Assembly (NCBI RefSeq): GCF_006345805.1
Contig: NC_043005.1
Location: 37,696,001-37,760,000 of the forward strand
DNA: 64,000 nt
From: Octopus sinensis
Lineage: Eukaryota
Reading direction: 5' to 3'
The translations under genes and the position numbers were made by a program. Shown here one piece after another: positions 40,687 through 53,737 of this stretch (position 1 is the stretch's first letter; every line of letters begins with the position of its first letter). The notes below the pieces were generated by a model. The model ran no database searches, had not been told where the DNA came from, and saw nothing but the letters and a program-made list of their open reading frames with translations.

Positions 40687-41206
40687 AGGAATATTGCCAA
40701 AGAACTTCAGATGTTAGAATGGACTATCAGAACTGTGGTGCATGATGACATCTAATACAAATTGCCTGTACTGAGGAAAGGCCAATTTATGTTTGCAAAG
40801 ACACAGGAAAATTATTTGATTTGTGCCAAGTTGTTAGTTAACATTTGATCTATGCTAAGTAGTTAGTTAACATCAAAGAGGAATAAAAACATACTTTTGT
40901 TCTTCTCTGATGAGAAAATCTTTGACCAACACTAAAGGTTTAGCTGAAGAAATGACAGATGGTTATGTGCATATCCTTCTGATGTCACTATAGTCTTGCA
41001 TGCAAAGGGTCCAGCAACTGTGGTGGTTTTTGGAGTGATGAGTAATGAAAGTCTTTGTGTGGTAAGTAGCTTGTTTACCAGCCACATGGTTCCAGGTTCA
41101 GTCCCACTGTGTGGCACCTTGGGCAAGTGTCTTCTACTATAGCCTTGGGCCGACCAAAGCCTTGTGAGTGGATTTGGTAGATGGAAACTGAAAGAAGCCC
41201 GTCGTA

Positions 41207-41247
<41 letters not shown>

Positions 41248-41885
41248 GTGTGTGTATAAGTTTGTGTATCTATGTTTGTCCCCCTCAACATCGCTTGACA
41301 ACCGATGCTGGTGTGTTTACGTCTCCGTAACTTAGCAGTTCGGCAAAACAGACCAATAGAATAAGTACTAGGCTTACAAAGAATAAGTCCTGGGGTCGAT
41401 TTGCTTGACTAAAGGCGGTGCTCCAGCATGGCCACAGTCAAATGACTGAAACAAGTAAAAGAGTAAAAGAGTAAAGAGTATACCACCTCATATCTTTCCA
41501 CAGGGTCTTAGAATTAATGCGACTGGATATGTTGAGGTGCTGGAAACAGTTGGTAAGCTCTAGGTAAATGAAGTATGCCGAGGAATGCCATACATGTTTC
41601 AACAAGACTCAGTATCACTTCACAAATTCCATGTAACTCATTACTGAATATCAAACAATCTTTGCAATCATATAGCACCAAACTTCTGGCCTTCAAACAA
41701 TCCAGATTAAAACACTCTGGGTTACTACGTTTGAAGTGTTGTTGAAAGAGAGCTAAATGGATGTCCTCACAATACCATAACTTCATTGAAGGCCAATATT
41801 GTCCAGGTAATGTCCAAAATGCCAATGATTTTAGTCCTGCATTGACGCAGTCTTTGAAGCTGAAGATGCATTCACAGAATAATGT
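40687..41885 (+). pseudogene. Tc1/mariner DD37D (maT-like) transposase relic, interrupted by a SINE at 41056-41478
   Basis: Left part: RNIAKELQM..RKGQFM, FFSDEKIF..NDRWLC..PATVVVFGVMSNE. Right part: PPHIFPQGLRINA..YMFQQDS..FWPSNNPD*NTLGYYV*SVVERE..PHNT. There are 37 residues between the second D and the third catalytic position (now G), and several stops. Confidence 0.88.
41056..41478 (+). mobile_element. Same tRNA/CORE-like SINE family, inserted into the maT transposase
   Basis: tgtgtggtaagtagcttg...ggttcagtcccactgtgtggcaccttgggcaagtgtcttc...gactgaaacaagtaaaagagtaaaagag. Confidence 0.88.
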
Positions 41886-42330
41886 TATATGGAAGCTTAT
41901 CAAGAATATGTGGGAAAATTCTTATTAAAATGCATTTACTTCTTGATAGATTAAAGTTGCTTAAATAGATGTCCAGCTATATCTTCAAACACCTCTCACC
42001 CCACTAATTTTCATTCTTTTGTTGTCTTACCATTTCTATCAATATATATATATATCATATACAGACAAATTAAATGTAACAAATAATAAAGCAGCAAAAG
42101 TCAAATTTAGAAACTTTGAGAGACTTAAAATAATTTGTTTTTTTAATGGTGGAACTCAAAGTAGAAAAAGCTATAAATGACAGCATTTAAAAAAAGGTTG
42201 AAAGGCTGTTCCTATCCAAAGGGGTTTATAACCCAATATTTACATGCTGTTTTCTCATAGTTTTGTCTACTTAAAGAGCTACAATATAAAAAAAATTCAT
42301 ATGTATGCGTGTGTGTATGTATATATATAT

Positions 42331-42366
<36 letters not shown>

Positions 42367-43068
42367 GAATAGATAGATAGATAGAAGGATAAATGTGTGC
42401 ATGTCTATATATAAAGCATAATCTACAGATATGTATGTGTGCATCTCTGAATGCTTACATTGTGTGTTTTACATAAAGTACTGCATTGTAAATGGTGTTA
42501 TTTGTTGACATTCTTTGTCAACAAATCTTCTGTTTGCTCTGTACTTTCGAAAATGAATGCAATAAAAAGGGGGGAAAAAAATTCTAACTGTAAAAACATG
42601 TTTGACTCAGAAACAGGAAGTACATCTTGTTGTAAAATAATGCCTTAATATCATGCATTTCTCTACCACATACCAGCATGGAACAATAGACATAAACAAA
42701 ATACAAACAAATGATAGACCAAATACATATGGGAAGGAGGAAAATATAAAGATGCAACATCAAGGTCCTCCATAGAATCAATAGCACCATATTTGAAACA
42801 GTTCTAGCAGGGAATCAAATTCACAAAATTATCTTCGTGCAAGTAACTATTTTTCTCACGAAACAAATATATATATGTATACACATACAGAGCATACCCA
42901 TGTCATCAAAATGCCAACAGTTCTGTTAATGATAGAAAATGGTGCATCACAAAAATGGAGCAAATCAGTGATGAATGTCAGCAATCAAATACTTATATGT
43001 ACATGTACAGAACTGAAGCATTTGAATGGATACAGTTGTAATGTCTTGGTTGAAAATATCATCCAAGT

Positions 43069-43109
<41 letters not shown>

Positions 43110-43140
43110 ATATATATATATATATATGTGTATATATATA

Positions 43141-43173
<33 letters not shown>

Positions 43174-43289
43174 CTTTATTTAAAGCAGCAGAAAATTCAA
43201 CAAAACCTGTTACTCTGAGTTTCCCATTACCGGCAACGGGAAACTCAGAGTAACAGGTTTTGTTGAATTTTCTGCTGCTTTAAATAAAG
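43174..43289. repeat. Perfect 52-bp inverted repeat with 12-nt spacer, centred on a 5'-truncated hammerhead
   Basis: 43174-43225 is the exact reverse complement of 43238-43289. The centre and right arm read CCG-gcaa-CGG-GAAA-CTCAGAG-TA-acagg. (TA)n lies on both sides of the 43174-43360 insert. Confidence 0.9.
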
Positions 43290-43358
43290 CATATTACTCT
43301 ACCACTGGTATTTGAGTACTCTTTTTTCCGCCTTGTTTCACATTTATGTGTTTACTCC

Positions 43359-43394
<36 letters not shown>

Positions 43395-43790
43395 ATATTT
43401 TATTTGTCTCAGTCATTAGACTGTGGCCATGCTGGTGCACAGCCTTGAAGTTTGTAGCTGAGCAAATCAACCTAGTAATTAATTTTTTAGCCTGATACTT
43501 ATTCTAGCTGTTTTGTTTTGTGAAACTGATTATTTACTGAGATGTAAAGAAATCAACACCAGTTGTGAAGCAGTTGTGGTGGACAATCACTGATAGAAAT
43601 ACACACACACAGATATATATATATATATATATATATAAAACAAGCTTTTTTTCACTTTCCGTTTACCAAATCCACTCACAAGGCTTTGATTGCCTCAGAG
43701 CTATAGTAGACAACACTTACATAAGGTGTCACACGGTGGAACTGAATGCAAAACCATGTGGTAGGGAAGCAAGCTTATCATGCAGCCATA
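43395..43790 (-). mobile_element. Degenerate tRNA/CORE-like SINE copy
   Basis: cagtcattagactgtggccatgctgg...aaatccactcacaaggctttg...actgaatgcaaaaccatgtgg. Confidence 0.7.
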
Positions 43791-43964
43791 CATGCACATA
43801 CACATACAGATGTAAATACACACACTCATACATATGCATATTTATATATGCATATTTATATATGCATATCTACCCATGTGCATACAAGTATCTCTATGTG
43901 TGTGAATGTGTTAGCCATTATACAGAAAAAGGAAGAAGGGTTAGTTTCAGAAAGAGCAAGTTTG

Positions 43965-44640
43965 AAAGAATGGACTAAGACTAAGGAAATAAAAACAGAA
44001 AGAATATATAATATTTATATGCAGAGGACATGGAATACAATGGAAATGAATGAAGCTGGTATGCTCTGCTGGATGAGAAATGTGAGTGTGCATGTGTGAC
44101 AGAGCATTGGTGTACTGAGAGAGAAGTGGGACATAAGAGGAATTATGTGCAGTGTGCAAAGGAGGAAGGAAACTGCACTGGTTTGGTCATGTGATGTAGG
44201 TAGATGTGGAAAGTTGCATAAATAATTGTTGATCACTTAAAGTGGAGGGAAGTTGTGGAAGATAGTGACCCAGGAAGATATGGGACAAAGTCCTGAAGGC
44301 TGATATCAGAGTGCTGAACCTTGTGAAGGAGATGACGGAGGACCAAGATATGTAGTGCATTACTGTACTTGAGAAAACCTGCCCACTACAACAGAATTGA
44401 GATCCTGAACCCAAGGTGCCATGTAAAAAGCATTGGGGTGGGTGTTGGTGCCACATAAAATGCACCCAGCACACTCTGTGGAGCAGTTGTCATTGGGAAG
44501 AGCATCCAGCTGTAGAAACCATACCAAAGTAGACTATGGAACCAAGTGCAGTCCCTGGCTTTACCAGTTTCTATCAAACCATCCAGGCCATGCCAGCATA
44601 GAAAACAGATATTAACCAATGATGATTATGATTAGCATGT
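43965..44640 (+). mobile_element. Old degenerate RTE LINE 3' fragment
   Basis: Broken frames include MNEAGMLCWMRNVSVHV, LHWFGHV and PRKIWDKVLKADIRVLNL. They are followed by the shared tail ggaagagcatccagctgtagaaacc...catgccagcata. Confidence 0.75.
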
Positions 44641-45229
44641 TACTTTGAAAACAAAGGAGATTAAGATTTAACTTCATAAATATTTTTTTGTGTGTATGTG
44701 TGTGTGATTTGATAAAATGGATATAATTCACGATAAAAATTTAGTTTCATTTTGATAAAAAAAAACGATGACTTCAGAGCAAAATATCTCATTACAGTTC
44801 ACTGCATTTAGCATCACTGACTTTCGCTCACTCCCACTCTGCTTGTTATTTTAGTTTCTTTCATTTCAACTACAAAATGCAAATATAACAACTTGGTTGG
44901 AATGTTAATATATTAAGAAATGCTATGCGACAAATGCAAAAATATAAGCAGAACAACTCCAGCTCTTGTTGATTGATTTATAGAAAGTATAAATCTTATA
45001 AATTGGATCAAATTCAACAGCTTCAAACACTAAAATGTTACAAAAAAGTATACAAAAATATTTATTGTATAATACACACACACTCACTAAACTCATATGT
45101 TTTCAATTGAAAGGTACACATTTCTGGGTATATATACATATATATACATACCCACACACATATTTACACATGCATAGAAACATATATATATGTGGTCTGA
45201 TCAAAATATATTGGTACAGACGCTATGGT

Positions 45230-45700
45230 AATGGAGCTAAATTATGCAGAGTTAAACCACTTTGCACAAATTGACCTTGAACTCAGTCAAGCATACACAC
45301 TAACTTCTAATATTCTTGTTCACGTCTATTTATTGCAGTGCTGGGAAGTAAAGTGTGTAGAGTATGGTCATCTCACTACACCACAGAGGTCACATCAGTG
45401 ACCAATGGCAGAGAAAAATATGTGTGTGTGAGAACATGTTGAAAGATTGGCTTGAAGGTTATTATAGTCAAGAATTTTGCCAAAAATATAATACCACTTG
45501 AAAGGAGCAAGATCTTAAGATGTCAAGGATATCCAAAAGAATGCAACAAAGCAGCTACTTGCTATCCAAAAAAAGGAGTTCCAGGAATGCTTCCATCAAT
45601 AGAAATTGTGTAGAATAAAGTGTGTGGCTTTAGAAGGAGACTACACCAAAGGAGGTTAAATGCAGAATTGATATGCATTGTAGTTTTGTTTTTATAACAC
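45230..45700 (+). mobile_element. Internally deleted mariner relic
   Basis: 45498-45644 translates to LKGARS*DVKDIQKNATKQLLAIQKKEFQECFHQ*KLCRIKCVALEGDY, a typical mariner transposase C-terminus. The outer limits are approximate. Confidence 0.7.
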
Positions 45701-45964
45701 TAGTCACAATACTTTTTGATCAGACCTCTCATATATACATACATATATACATACATATATGCATACATACATACATACATACATACATACATACACACAT
45801 ACACATGCACACACATATATCCATATCATTTAATCTCTGTTGTCCAAGCTAGCATGGGTTACACACTTATATACACACAAACATATATATATATATATAT
45901 GTACATGTGCATATATGTATATATGAAGTATGTACATATGCATATGCACATATATGTATATGTG

Positions 45965-46013
<49 letters not shown>

Positions 46014-46088
46014 ATATGTGACTGCGTGTGTACTGTTGGCAATTTTGTTTCCTCTGTCTTCCCTTCTCTGGATCTTTCCTTCTCCTAT

Positions 46089-46123
46089 GTTTCCGACGAA
46101 GAGCTCCACTCGAAACGTTAAAC
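46089..46123 (+). ncRNA. Minimal hammerhead-like motif (U4C core, extra A after A9) in a short Penelope-like pLTR fragment
   Basis: GTTT-CCGACGA-A-GAG-ctcca-CTC-GAAA-CG-TT-AAAC: stem I GTTT/AAAC, palindromic stem III (ACGT), GUU triplet. It sits in ~190 bp of non-microsatellite sequence between (TA)-rich tracts. Confidence 0.5.
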
Positions 46124-46663
46124 CCTCCTTCTTTCCTTCTTTCCTGAGCGTCCAATAATACTATATTTGTTCCACGTCCTCGCATTGCTGTGTTTTTTTG
46201 TGCTTTCTTGTTTGGATTAACTTTATGTACATGTATATGTATATACATATATATATATATATGTATGTATATATATATATATATATATACATATATATTC
46301 ACACACACTAATATACACATATTTAACATATGCATATATTTAGATATATGTATATATATGCGTATGCATACACATATATACATGTGTGTGTGTCTGCATA
46401 TGTGTGTGTGTATATGTATATATATGTATATATACACGCACATATATACATATGCAAATGCATACACATATATTCATACACACGTATTTATATATACATG
46501 CATATATATATATAGACAAATATATACATATACACACACACATGCACACATACACTCACACACACATATATATATACATATTTTTTATATATATGTATGT
46601 GTATACATATACACAGCCCACATAATATATATATGTACACATATATACACCCCACATAACGTA

Positions 46664-46715
<52 letters not shown>

Positions 46716-47288
46716 ATATGTATATTTGTATATTATATTAGTGAAATTTAATCAATCAGTGCGTTGTAACATCTAAGAGATTTCTCCCGTCGTTTCTCAC
46801 AGAAGCTGCATCTTTACTTCAATAAAGTGAAAACTTAAAAAAACACACCAACATGGATGACTAATCAAATGAAAATGTCAATGAAACCTCTTAATCTGTG
46901 TTCAAAGAAACAATAAACACTTTGCTCTTCTTGGAACAAACATAATTCATCTTAAAGAAGAAAAATATAGGAAGGATTAATTGCCAAACAAGGGAACTAG
47001 AGAAATATATAAACAGGCTAAGGCGGGTGGTAGGAATGATGGTGATGAAGAAGGTGATGGTGGTGGTAGTGGTGTCGGTGGCAGTGATTATGATTATGGT
47101 GGAGGTGGTGATGATGATGTTAGTTGTGGTAAGAATGATGATAGTTATAACTAACAACAACAACATCAACAACAACAACAATAATGGGTATAATTATGAT
47201 GGTAGTGGTGGTGATGTTTGCTATGATGATGGCAACAATGACCCTGGTTTTACAATTATGATTGTTATTATTATTATTATTATTATTT

Positions 47289-47781
47289 AAGGTGGTGAGC
47301 TGGCAAAATGCTTAATGGTATTTTGTCTGCCGCTACACTCTGAGTTCAAATTCCGCTGAAGTCAACTTTGCCTTTCATCCTTTTGGGGTCAATTAAATAA
47401 ATACTAGTTCTACATTGGGGTCGATTACATCAATTTAATCTCCTCCCCTAAGCTGCTCTTGTGGCAAAAATTTGAAATTGGTATTATTATTATGATTATT
47501 ATTATTATTATTATTATAATTATTATTATTATTATTATTATTGCTATGGCACTGAACTGGCAGAATGGTTAGAACTCCAAGTGAGATGCTTAGCAATATT
47601 TCACCCATCGCTACATTCTGAGTTCAAATTCTACTAAAGTCGACTTTGTCTTTCATCCTTTCGGGTTTGATAAAAGAAGTACCACTCAAGTACTGGGGTC
47701 GATCTAATCAACTAGCCCCACTCTCCCAAATTTCAGGCATTGTGCCTATAATAGAAAGGATTATTGTTATTATTATTATTA

Positions 47782-47848
<67 letters not shown>

Positions 47849-48660
47849 GGCATTGAGCTGACAGAATAGTTAGCATGCCAGGCAAGATTCTTAGCAGCAT
47901 TTTGTCTGTTCTGAGTTCAAATTCCACTGAAGTTGATTTTGCGAATTTGTCCTTTTGGAGTTAATAAAATATGTACCAGTTGAGCCGAAATTTGAAAGTA
48001 TTATTATTAAGATGGTGAGTAGGCAGAATTGTTAGTGTGCTGGACAAAATGTTTAATGGCATTTCTTTAGTCTTAATGACCTGAGTTCAATTACTGCAGA
48101 GGTCGACTTGGCCTTTATCCTTTTGGGGTCAACAAAATAAGTACCAGTTCAGCAGCATTGAGGTGTGATCTTGCTGGCCTTGTGCCAAAATTTGAAACTT
48201 TCATCCTTTTCGGGTCAGTAATTACGTACCACTGGGGTCAGTGTAATTGGCTATTCCCCTCCCACAAAACTTCAAGCATTTAATAGAAATCGAGCTGGCA
48301 AAATCATTAGCACGCTGGATGAAATACTTTGTGATATTTCACCTGTCGCTATGTTCTGAGTTCAAATTCCACCGAGGTCAACTTTGCCTTTCATCATTTC
48401 GGGGGTCGATGAAATAAGTAGCAGTGGAGTACTGAGGTCGATGTGATCGACTTAACCTCTCTCCCCAAATTTCAGGGCTTGTGCTTATAGTGGAAAGAAT
48501 TCTTATTATTATTTATACCAGAAAAATACTGAGCAACATTTTGTCCATCCATATGTTGTGAGTTTAAATTTTAGCTTGATTGTCTTTACCTTTCATCCTT
48601 TTGTGGTCAATAAAATAAGAACCAGTTTAGAAATTTCAGGCCTTGTGCCTATAGTGAAAA
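47289..48660 (+). mobile_element. Head-to-tail chain of ~6-7 family-B SINE copies, several separated by (ATT)n
   Basis: Units start near 47289, 47545, 47845, 48010, 48290 and 48520, all in the same orientation. Confidence 0.82.
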
Positions 48661-48695
48661 ATATTATTGTTATTATTATATTATTATTATTATTA

Positions 48696-48753
<58 letters not shown>

Positions 48754-49699
48754 GTTATTCAAGATCAGCTGCTTAAAAATAGTAGATATGCAAGATGCAA
48801 TATATTGAAATTAATATTGATGATAAAGATTTATTATATAATCATTTCTTTGTTTTACTCATAGGTATGATTTATAAAGGATTTAAGCAAAATACTTCAG
48901 CATTCCTCTTAATAATGTGAATTATGCTTTTTATTTACTTTATGGGCAATAAGGGATTATGAGAGATAATAATAATAACAAGAAGAAGAAGAAGAATATA
49001 AATAATAATAATAATAATAATATAAATAGAAATAATAATATTAATAATAATAGGAAGAGGAAGGGCAACAAAAACAGCAACAACAACAATATGGGATTAA
49101 ATAGAATATATGAGAAACAAATCATTTGATTAAATGGAAAATAAGGAATGAAATGATAATGATAATATTCTGTGATTAATTTTTTGATTTTTTTTCCATT
49201 TTAAGAAATAATGTGCAATATGTGGTAGGAGGAAAGATCTGTGTGTGTACTGGTGGGTTATACATGTATGGATTCTTTTTGTATTTAATCAGCAGAAGTT
49301 ACGAAGTGACTCAAAGGCCTACAGTTTTGAACATTGACACAAGATTTACACACGGACAAAAACACTCATACACGCAGTCGTCTAAGAATCCAAAAGTCAG
49401 AGATATAAAATGCACTATTGACAAATACACATATTTGTCAATAGAGTGGGTATATTTATCAATTCATACACTATCACAGATTCATTTGATAACCAGATGT
49501 GAGATAAGATGGTTAACTAACAACACAATCTCTCCAGAAATGATAGGTATATTCTTCCATCTCAGAGGAATGCATGGTGTTTCTTAATCAACCTTTTATC
49601 TAATATCCAGTGTGAAACCTTTTGATATGCTCAGCTGAAATGAATCTATAATACTATATACTTTGACTTAGATATGTGTGTATGTATTTAGTCTCTTTT

Positions 49700-50170
49700 A
49701 TCATACTGCTAAGTTATGGGGATGTAAACAACCTAATACCAGTAGCCAAGTGGGGGACACAAATATAAAGATATAGATGTACACACAAATGTGTGTGTGT
49801 GTGTGTGTGTATCCTCCCATTCTCCCACCAGTTTCAGTAATTTGACTACAGCCATGCTGGAACAATACCTTAAAGGATTTTTAGTCAAAGAAATTAACCC
49901 AGGACTTGTTCTTTGTAAGCCTAGTACTTAAATTATCAAACTCTTTTGCTCAACCACTAAGTTATGGGGGCATAAAAACACCAACATCGGTTGTCAAACA
50001 ATTGTGGGGGGGGGGGATAAACATAGACACAAAGACACATACATATAAATATATATACATGCATATATATATAGGCTATATTAAAATGCAGTTGCCCAAG
50101 GTGCCATGCTGTGAGACTGAACGTGGAACCATGTGGTTGGGAAGCAAGCTTCTTACCACACAGCCATGCC
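49700..50170 (-). mobile_element. Degenerate tRNA/CORE-like SINE copies
   Basis: gttgcccaaggtgccatgc...gaacgtggaaccatgtggttgggaagcaagcttcttaccacacagccat. Confidence 0.7.
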
Positions 50171-50656
50171 TGGGCTTCCACTCTATCTCTGGTTACCGAC
50201 TTCATTCTCTTAGCTTTGGTTAGCTAACAGCTGTTGTAGAGAGCATTTGCTCAAGATGCTGCACAGTGAAAATGAGTATGAAACCTGATGGCTGCAGGGA
50301 GTGCTTGTTAACCAAACACTCATCTCTGCGTCTATTTATATACGTCATATTTAATATTTCAGAAATTGGAAAACCACAATTTAAACAATATGCAAGTTGA
50401 GAAATTTTATTGAAATAATGTATGTGTGGGCGTATGTACAGGAATGTATGTATGATATATACACATATACACACACATATGTATGTGTGTGTGTGTGTGT
50501 GTGTGCGTGTGTGTGTGTGCATGTGTGTATGTATATATTTATATAGATATATATATATATATATATATACATATTCACATGTACACACACATATACGTAA
50601 ATATGTAGCATACACATAAACACACATTCCTACATGTACATGTATATGTGTGTATG

Positions 50657-50734
<78 letters not shown>

Positions 50735-53001
50735 CACACACATGTATATATACACATACATATATAAATATTCGCACATTCATATACATAAATTTCACTA
50801 TATTTCAATAAATGTTTTAAACACTTCAATATATTTTACTAATATAATTTTCAACTAATATTATTCTAAGTAACTCACGACATACTGAACAAGTTATATT
50901 CTCACCTTGGCTACTGCTTGAACTTTCCAGAATCATTACAGGAAGTTAAAAGAATTCAGACAAGAATTCTGATAGTTCCAAACTGCATATCAGTAGGATA
51001 TCCATGCCATTCTGCTGAGAATCTTACATACATTTCCTACGTTTCACTCACACAGCAAGACATTACAATATTACATTATAGCAATTTATTTTAGAATAGC
51101 AAACGTCTTGAAATGGCATGTATATTTTGTATGTGTGTGTGTCTGTGTGTATGGACAGATGGATTTTCATTAGTTTCTTCAATGGAGATTCAGTTGTTCG
51201 ACCAATTCATATACCTATTCATATATTCAATGTGTAGATGGCTGGGTATTCCACAAATGTATTTACTTTTAATGGAATACTCAGACAGAATGAACATAAT
51301 ACAGTGTGAGTCAAGGATTATAAGTATAATCACCCCTAGATTCATTCACAATGTAAGGCTTGATCAAAGGTTGCAAAACATTAAATTTAACCAACATGTC
51401 AGGCTATTGGATTGAGCTTGTAACCTCTTGGTTTGAAGCAAACTTCTTAAGCCTTCAACCCATATTGTGCCTTATCTATCTATCTAACTATCTATCTGTC
51501 ATGAATAGCAAAGAGACACATGTTATGCCTTTATACACACACACACATATATACATACACACACCCATATATACAAACACACACACACACACACACACAT
51601 GTATGTATATATACACACATAAGTTAAGGAATGAAGTAGATAAGATCCGGGTTACATATATTTCATAGCGAGTGGAACCTCAGAAATACATATCCAAGTG
51701 AGGTTTATACTGCAGGCTATATATATGTGTGTGTATACACAGATATATATATAGTAGAATAAGTTACTTCAGGATATAGTTTTACTTAATTCTATAAGTC
51801 GACAAATTTCCATATGGTTTAACAATGTTTTGTATAAATTTCATATACCATTTTCATTTTTCACTTCTATAATTTCATAAACTTCTGTTATTTCTTGAAT
51901 TTAAACAAGTTTAAAATTAGTGTAATATGTAAATTTTCTAGCCTTTTAAAATTTTTATTTTCTTCAGTATACTATAGTATAGCGATAACAATAAACTACT
52001 TTGACTATTGTTATGAGATGTTTTTTTTAATAACGTTATTCATTTTAGTCATTATATAATAATTTTCTGATCTATCAAATTCACTAAAGTTTACTACATT
52101 TTCATTCACATTTTTGTTATGCTTCAATGACTTTCCCTCCTTTTCTTTTTCTTTCTCTCTCTTTCTTTTCTCTCTCTCTGTTTCTTCCTCTCTCACTCTC
52201 TGTTGATCAGTTCTGGTATGTTCAAATTGAATGTAATACACATTTTGATTTGAATCATTTCTTAGCTACAAAACTACACTTTGAAACATATATATATTCT
52301 CGTCTATGTAACTCTACTTAATGTGGTTAGGATTAAGAATATACATACATACTTACATACATACATGCACACATACATACATACATACAAACCACCACCA
52401 TCATCAGCATCATAATCATCTTCATCACCATTTTAACCATATGAAAACAGACATTGAAGCACGGTGTAGTCATTCAACTCAGAATTTTGTTGAAGTCTCC
52501 GACCCATGCCAGTGTGGGATGTGGTCCTTGAATGATGATGTTGATGCTGTGTGTGTACTTGTGTTCCTTTGTTTTAAAACCATGTAGTATTTGTAAATAT
52601 GCCTCACTCATTTGTTTTCAATCTTCCATAAAAATGAGTCTAGTTATAGGGAAATATCTTGTATGGAAATAGTTGAAGGTTTGCAACAGGAAGAGCATCT
52701 AACTGGAATGTGTGTCTGGATGTACATATGTATGTAATTTTCAATACTAATAATGTCTTTCTTTACTTGACTTATTATTGCTTCTGTCCCGTATTTGCCC
52801 TTTTTCTAACAAATTATAGAGCACTAGTGCCCTGATGACAGTTAGCTCATCATCATCATCATCATTATTATTATTATTATTATTATTATTACTAATATTA
52901 TTATTATTATTCTGCCGTTGTCAACTTTGTCTTTCAATTACCAGAAGGTAAATAATCCTTCGAACAGATGGTCAGCAGTGATGCCTGCTGGGTTTGGCTA
53001 C

Positions 53002-53044
53002 TCTGCATTGATAAAGGGCAAATACCCTGAAACATGTCTGCAGA
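53002..53044 (+). ncRNA. Minimal type I hammerhead motif with U3-A8 variant core
   Basis: Stem I TCTGCA (53002-07) / TGCAGA (53039-44); core TTGATAA (53008-14); stem II AGGG-caaata-CCCT; GAAA at 53029-32; palindromic stem III ACATGT; GUC cleavage triplet ending at C53038. Confidence 0.7.
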
Positions 53045-53264
53045 TGCCTGACCAGCAAGGGGAAGCGGCTGACCTCCCCTGTTTGAAGGTTATAACGGAC
53101 ACAGCTTTGTGTTTCATATAGCTAGCTAGAAGTGATGGCCTCTTGGAGCTAATAAACGGTAGCTTTAGTCTTATATTTATGGACTGCCATATTAGCTTGG
53201 TGATAACTGTTAATTTCCAGTACCACTGCCATAGTCGCCTTTAGAGAGACTTAGAAATTTTAAG

Positions 53265-53295
<31 letters not shown>

Positions 53296-53646
53296 CTGTT
53301 ACTCTATTATGTGTTTCAGCCCTAAGGCTGTGGCCATGCAGGGGCACTGCCAGTGTAATCACCATTTAATTGGCCAATTCTATGTGACTAGCAGTGTCAA
53401 ACTCCCTTTTTTAAAACATCCAGTCATACATACATACAAACCATCATCATCATCATCATCATCACCATTTTAACCATATGAAAACAGACACTGAAGCATA
53501 GTGTAGTTATCCCTGTTTATTTTTGCGTTTCTTTTTGTTGAAGAACATAGGCTCAAAACGTAAAAGACTTTCACACTTCCTGAGCATTAAATTATCTGTT
53601 TGTTGTTTACTCACCAATCTTGGTCTTTTGTCTTTTTTGTAAATTC

Positions 53647-53681
<35 letters not shown>

Positions 53682-53737
53682 CATTATTGGTGAATTGAAG
53701 AAATGGAGCTGAACGCAGATTGAACAGAATCGTTTTA

